Source: Tubulanus polymorphus (taxonomy: Eukaryota; Animalia; Nemertea). From it: 64,000 bases of DNA. Where the stretch lies: positions 13,486,485-13,550,484 of the forward strand of contig NC_134027.1 in assembly GCF_964204645.1 (NCBI RefSeq). Direction: 5' to 3'. Both the position numbers and the translations under genes were made by a program. Under the pieces are notes generated by a model that saw only the letters and a program-made list of their open reading frames with translations, did no database searches and was not told the origin of the DNA. Of the stretch, positions 62,251 through 64,000 are shown one piece after another. The number at the start of each line of letters is the position of its first letter. The stretch's first letter is position 1.

Positions 62251-62790
62251 TGGACAGCGTCGTACAACGGTGCCCGTGGCGGCGTTTCTTGCTGGTGTAG
62301 TTTTTTTACTATTCTGCCCGTGCGGCAGATAGCGAACCGGAAACCGACGAAAACGCAAACAAACAGGCAATTCCGGAGAAGTCTGTATTTATTGATACGC
62401 CGTCGATTCGAGACGGTAAAAAACTGAAATAACAGAGATAATTTTAATTATTAACTGAAACGACTAAATAAACTAAATCTCAGGACAATGAATAAAGGAT
62501 AAATGCTTACACTGTACGTGGGCAAGTTCCAAGGTAGATACGCGAAGAGATACAGATACGCGGATGTATGGAAGATTTTCCTAGTTACAGCAAGTATTAG
62601 CAGACAATAAAAATAGACACGTATACGGAAGTAAACAAACTCCGGGGAACTAAAAAATACGTATATAGACTCTGGAGCTAAACCGCGGTTACAGACTCAC
62701 TAAACTGACTGTATAAAAAAGTGTAGATCTCACTACAGACAAGCACTAAATCTAAATGCATGCATAACGATGTAACCATGTTACAGCACA
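62251..62790. mobile_element. Possible solo LTR
   Basis: 540 bp GC-richer insert bounded by TG..CA with a minus-strand AATAAA. It sits between two non-adjacent Polinton segments and has no TSD. Confidence 0.45.
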
Positions 62791-62959
62791 ATTACCTTAT
62801 GGTTATTAAAACATAAAATCAATATCATCGAACTCGAAATCACTATTGGCTTCTTCATTTTCATTTAATTGTTTAGGTTCTTCTTCCATTTCATTTTTCT
62901 CATTTAAATAAAGTTCTATCTTGTTCCACATTTCATCTCGCTCTCTTTGTTTCTTTTTT
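62791..62959 (+). repeat. Third fragment of the PolB/VLTF3-like gene junction
   Basis: Matches 990-1166 and 53528-53707 with a small deletion. Confidence 0.85.
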
Positions 62960-63004
62960 GATGGGTTTCGTCGTCAGACGAACCCATCTATGGCATCGTC
63001 GTCA

Positions 63005-63044
<40 letters not shown>

Positions 63045-63200
63045 GATGTTTCTTTATGACACGATTTAAGCTGTTTGTGTGGACCGACAATTCTGTAATT
63101 TCACACAGGTATTCTCTACTTGATGTAGATGGTGCAGCTTGGTTTATATTTGATTCCGATGGTTATAAGTGCTCTAATTTGGTTAAAAGATAATTAACGT
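62960..63200 (+). mobile_element. Helentron-associated (DINE-1/HINE-like) non-autonomous element, 5' end
   Basis: Inserted in a T-run. Hairpin GATGGGTTTCGTC..GACGAACCCATC is followed by a (GTCT)n microsatellite. The 3' end was not determined. Confidence 0.55.
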
Positions 63201-64000
63201 TACTCGCTAGTTCAAGCCGCTGTATAGCGCGTTGCTACGACGACGCTCGATCAACATACTGGTACTCGCTGTGTAATACTGAACACGTGATCGTACTAGC
63301 ACCGGTTTTAGATAGCGCGCGCGCTGATCGGTCTTAACACTTCTCGGAACTGCTGTGCTAAATGCTGAGAGGCCGAATCTATGCGCAATCATTTATTGGG
63401 CTCGTCACATTTGATAGTGAATGGATAAATAACCGGTGTCAATGACGGTCGCTACTCCCCATCAGTATAACTCATCAGTATAAGAAATAATTCTTTCGAG
63501 TTTTTTTTTTCAATCCCGAAGTTGTTGTTACTATGTTGACCTCGCCGTTTTATAAGCTTACCGATGATTCTTCTAGTATTTTCAGGGTCACAAGACATGA
63601 CGAAGTCGCAAAGTTTTGTACAAATTTCACGAAACAAACAATTATTTAGGCGGCACCTGATCTATTGATTAATTATGATAAATAATGTTTATTTCATTAA
63701 AAATTTGTTTTATTCAAACACTACTTTCATCGCACATAGCGTGATCGGTAGGCCCTACTATTCTACGGTAGGCCATGGACTCTTTCATGTGGTAGGCCTA
63801 TTACAAATGATACAATCCGCGTGTCCGTGAATAAGTGACACGTGGTGGGGCGGGTTGTGAGGAGCATCGAAACTAATCCGTCACAAATAATAGATAGAAA
63901 ACAATACCTTAAGTGGTTAACTTTTATTAACATCATTACCAAATCAAAACCTGCACATCCTATCATAAATAGAAATTCTAAGAATTCATTTCAAAGAATA

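Overview
AT-rich, repeat-dense animal (invertebrate-like) genomic DNA, dominated by decayed endogenous Polinton/Maverick (adintovirus-like) elements. Copy A spans <1-11594 and copy B spans 49009-62250. Together they carry protein-primed PolB, rve integrase with chromodomain, A32/FtsK-like packaging ATPase, penton and several membrane proteins. Related pieces ending in 120-156 bp hairpins lie at 12.5, 14.7, 15.7, 27.6-31.2 and 40.4-49.0 kb. The main unusual points are: (i) the PolB carries a LAGLIDADG intein in catalytic motif C; (ii) the element encodes a poxvirus A2/VLTF3-like late transcription factor; (iii) most element genes start at TAAATG, many with TAATT exactly 19 nt upstream, resembling poxvirus late promoters; (iv) an NCLDV-type HNH gene and a Rep-like gene sit next to the terminal hairpins. 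Together these suggest, by inference only, a virophage-like element that borrows a poxvirus-type cytoplasmic transcription system. Also present: a complete 5.9 kb P-superfamily transposon with two convergent genes inserted in the copy B penton, a second degraded P-like element with the same layout, three head-to-tail LINEs, a Gmr1-like Gypsy remnant, MITEs, and three exons of a host PAN/apple-domain gene. No major capsid protein or cysteine protease was recognised. All homology calls come from motif recognition by eye, without database searches.
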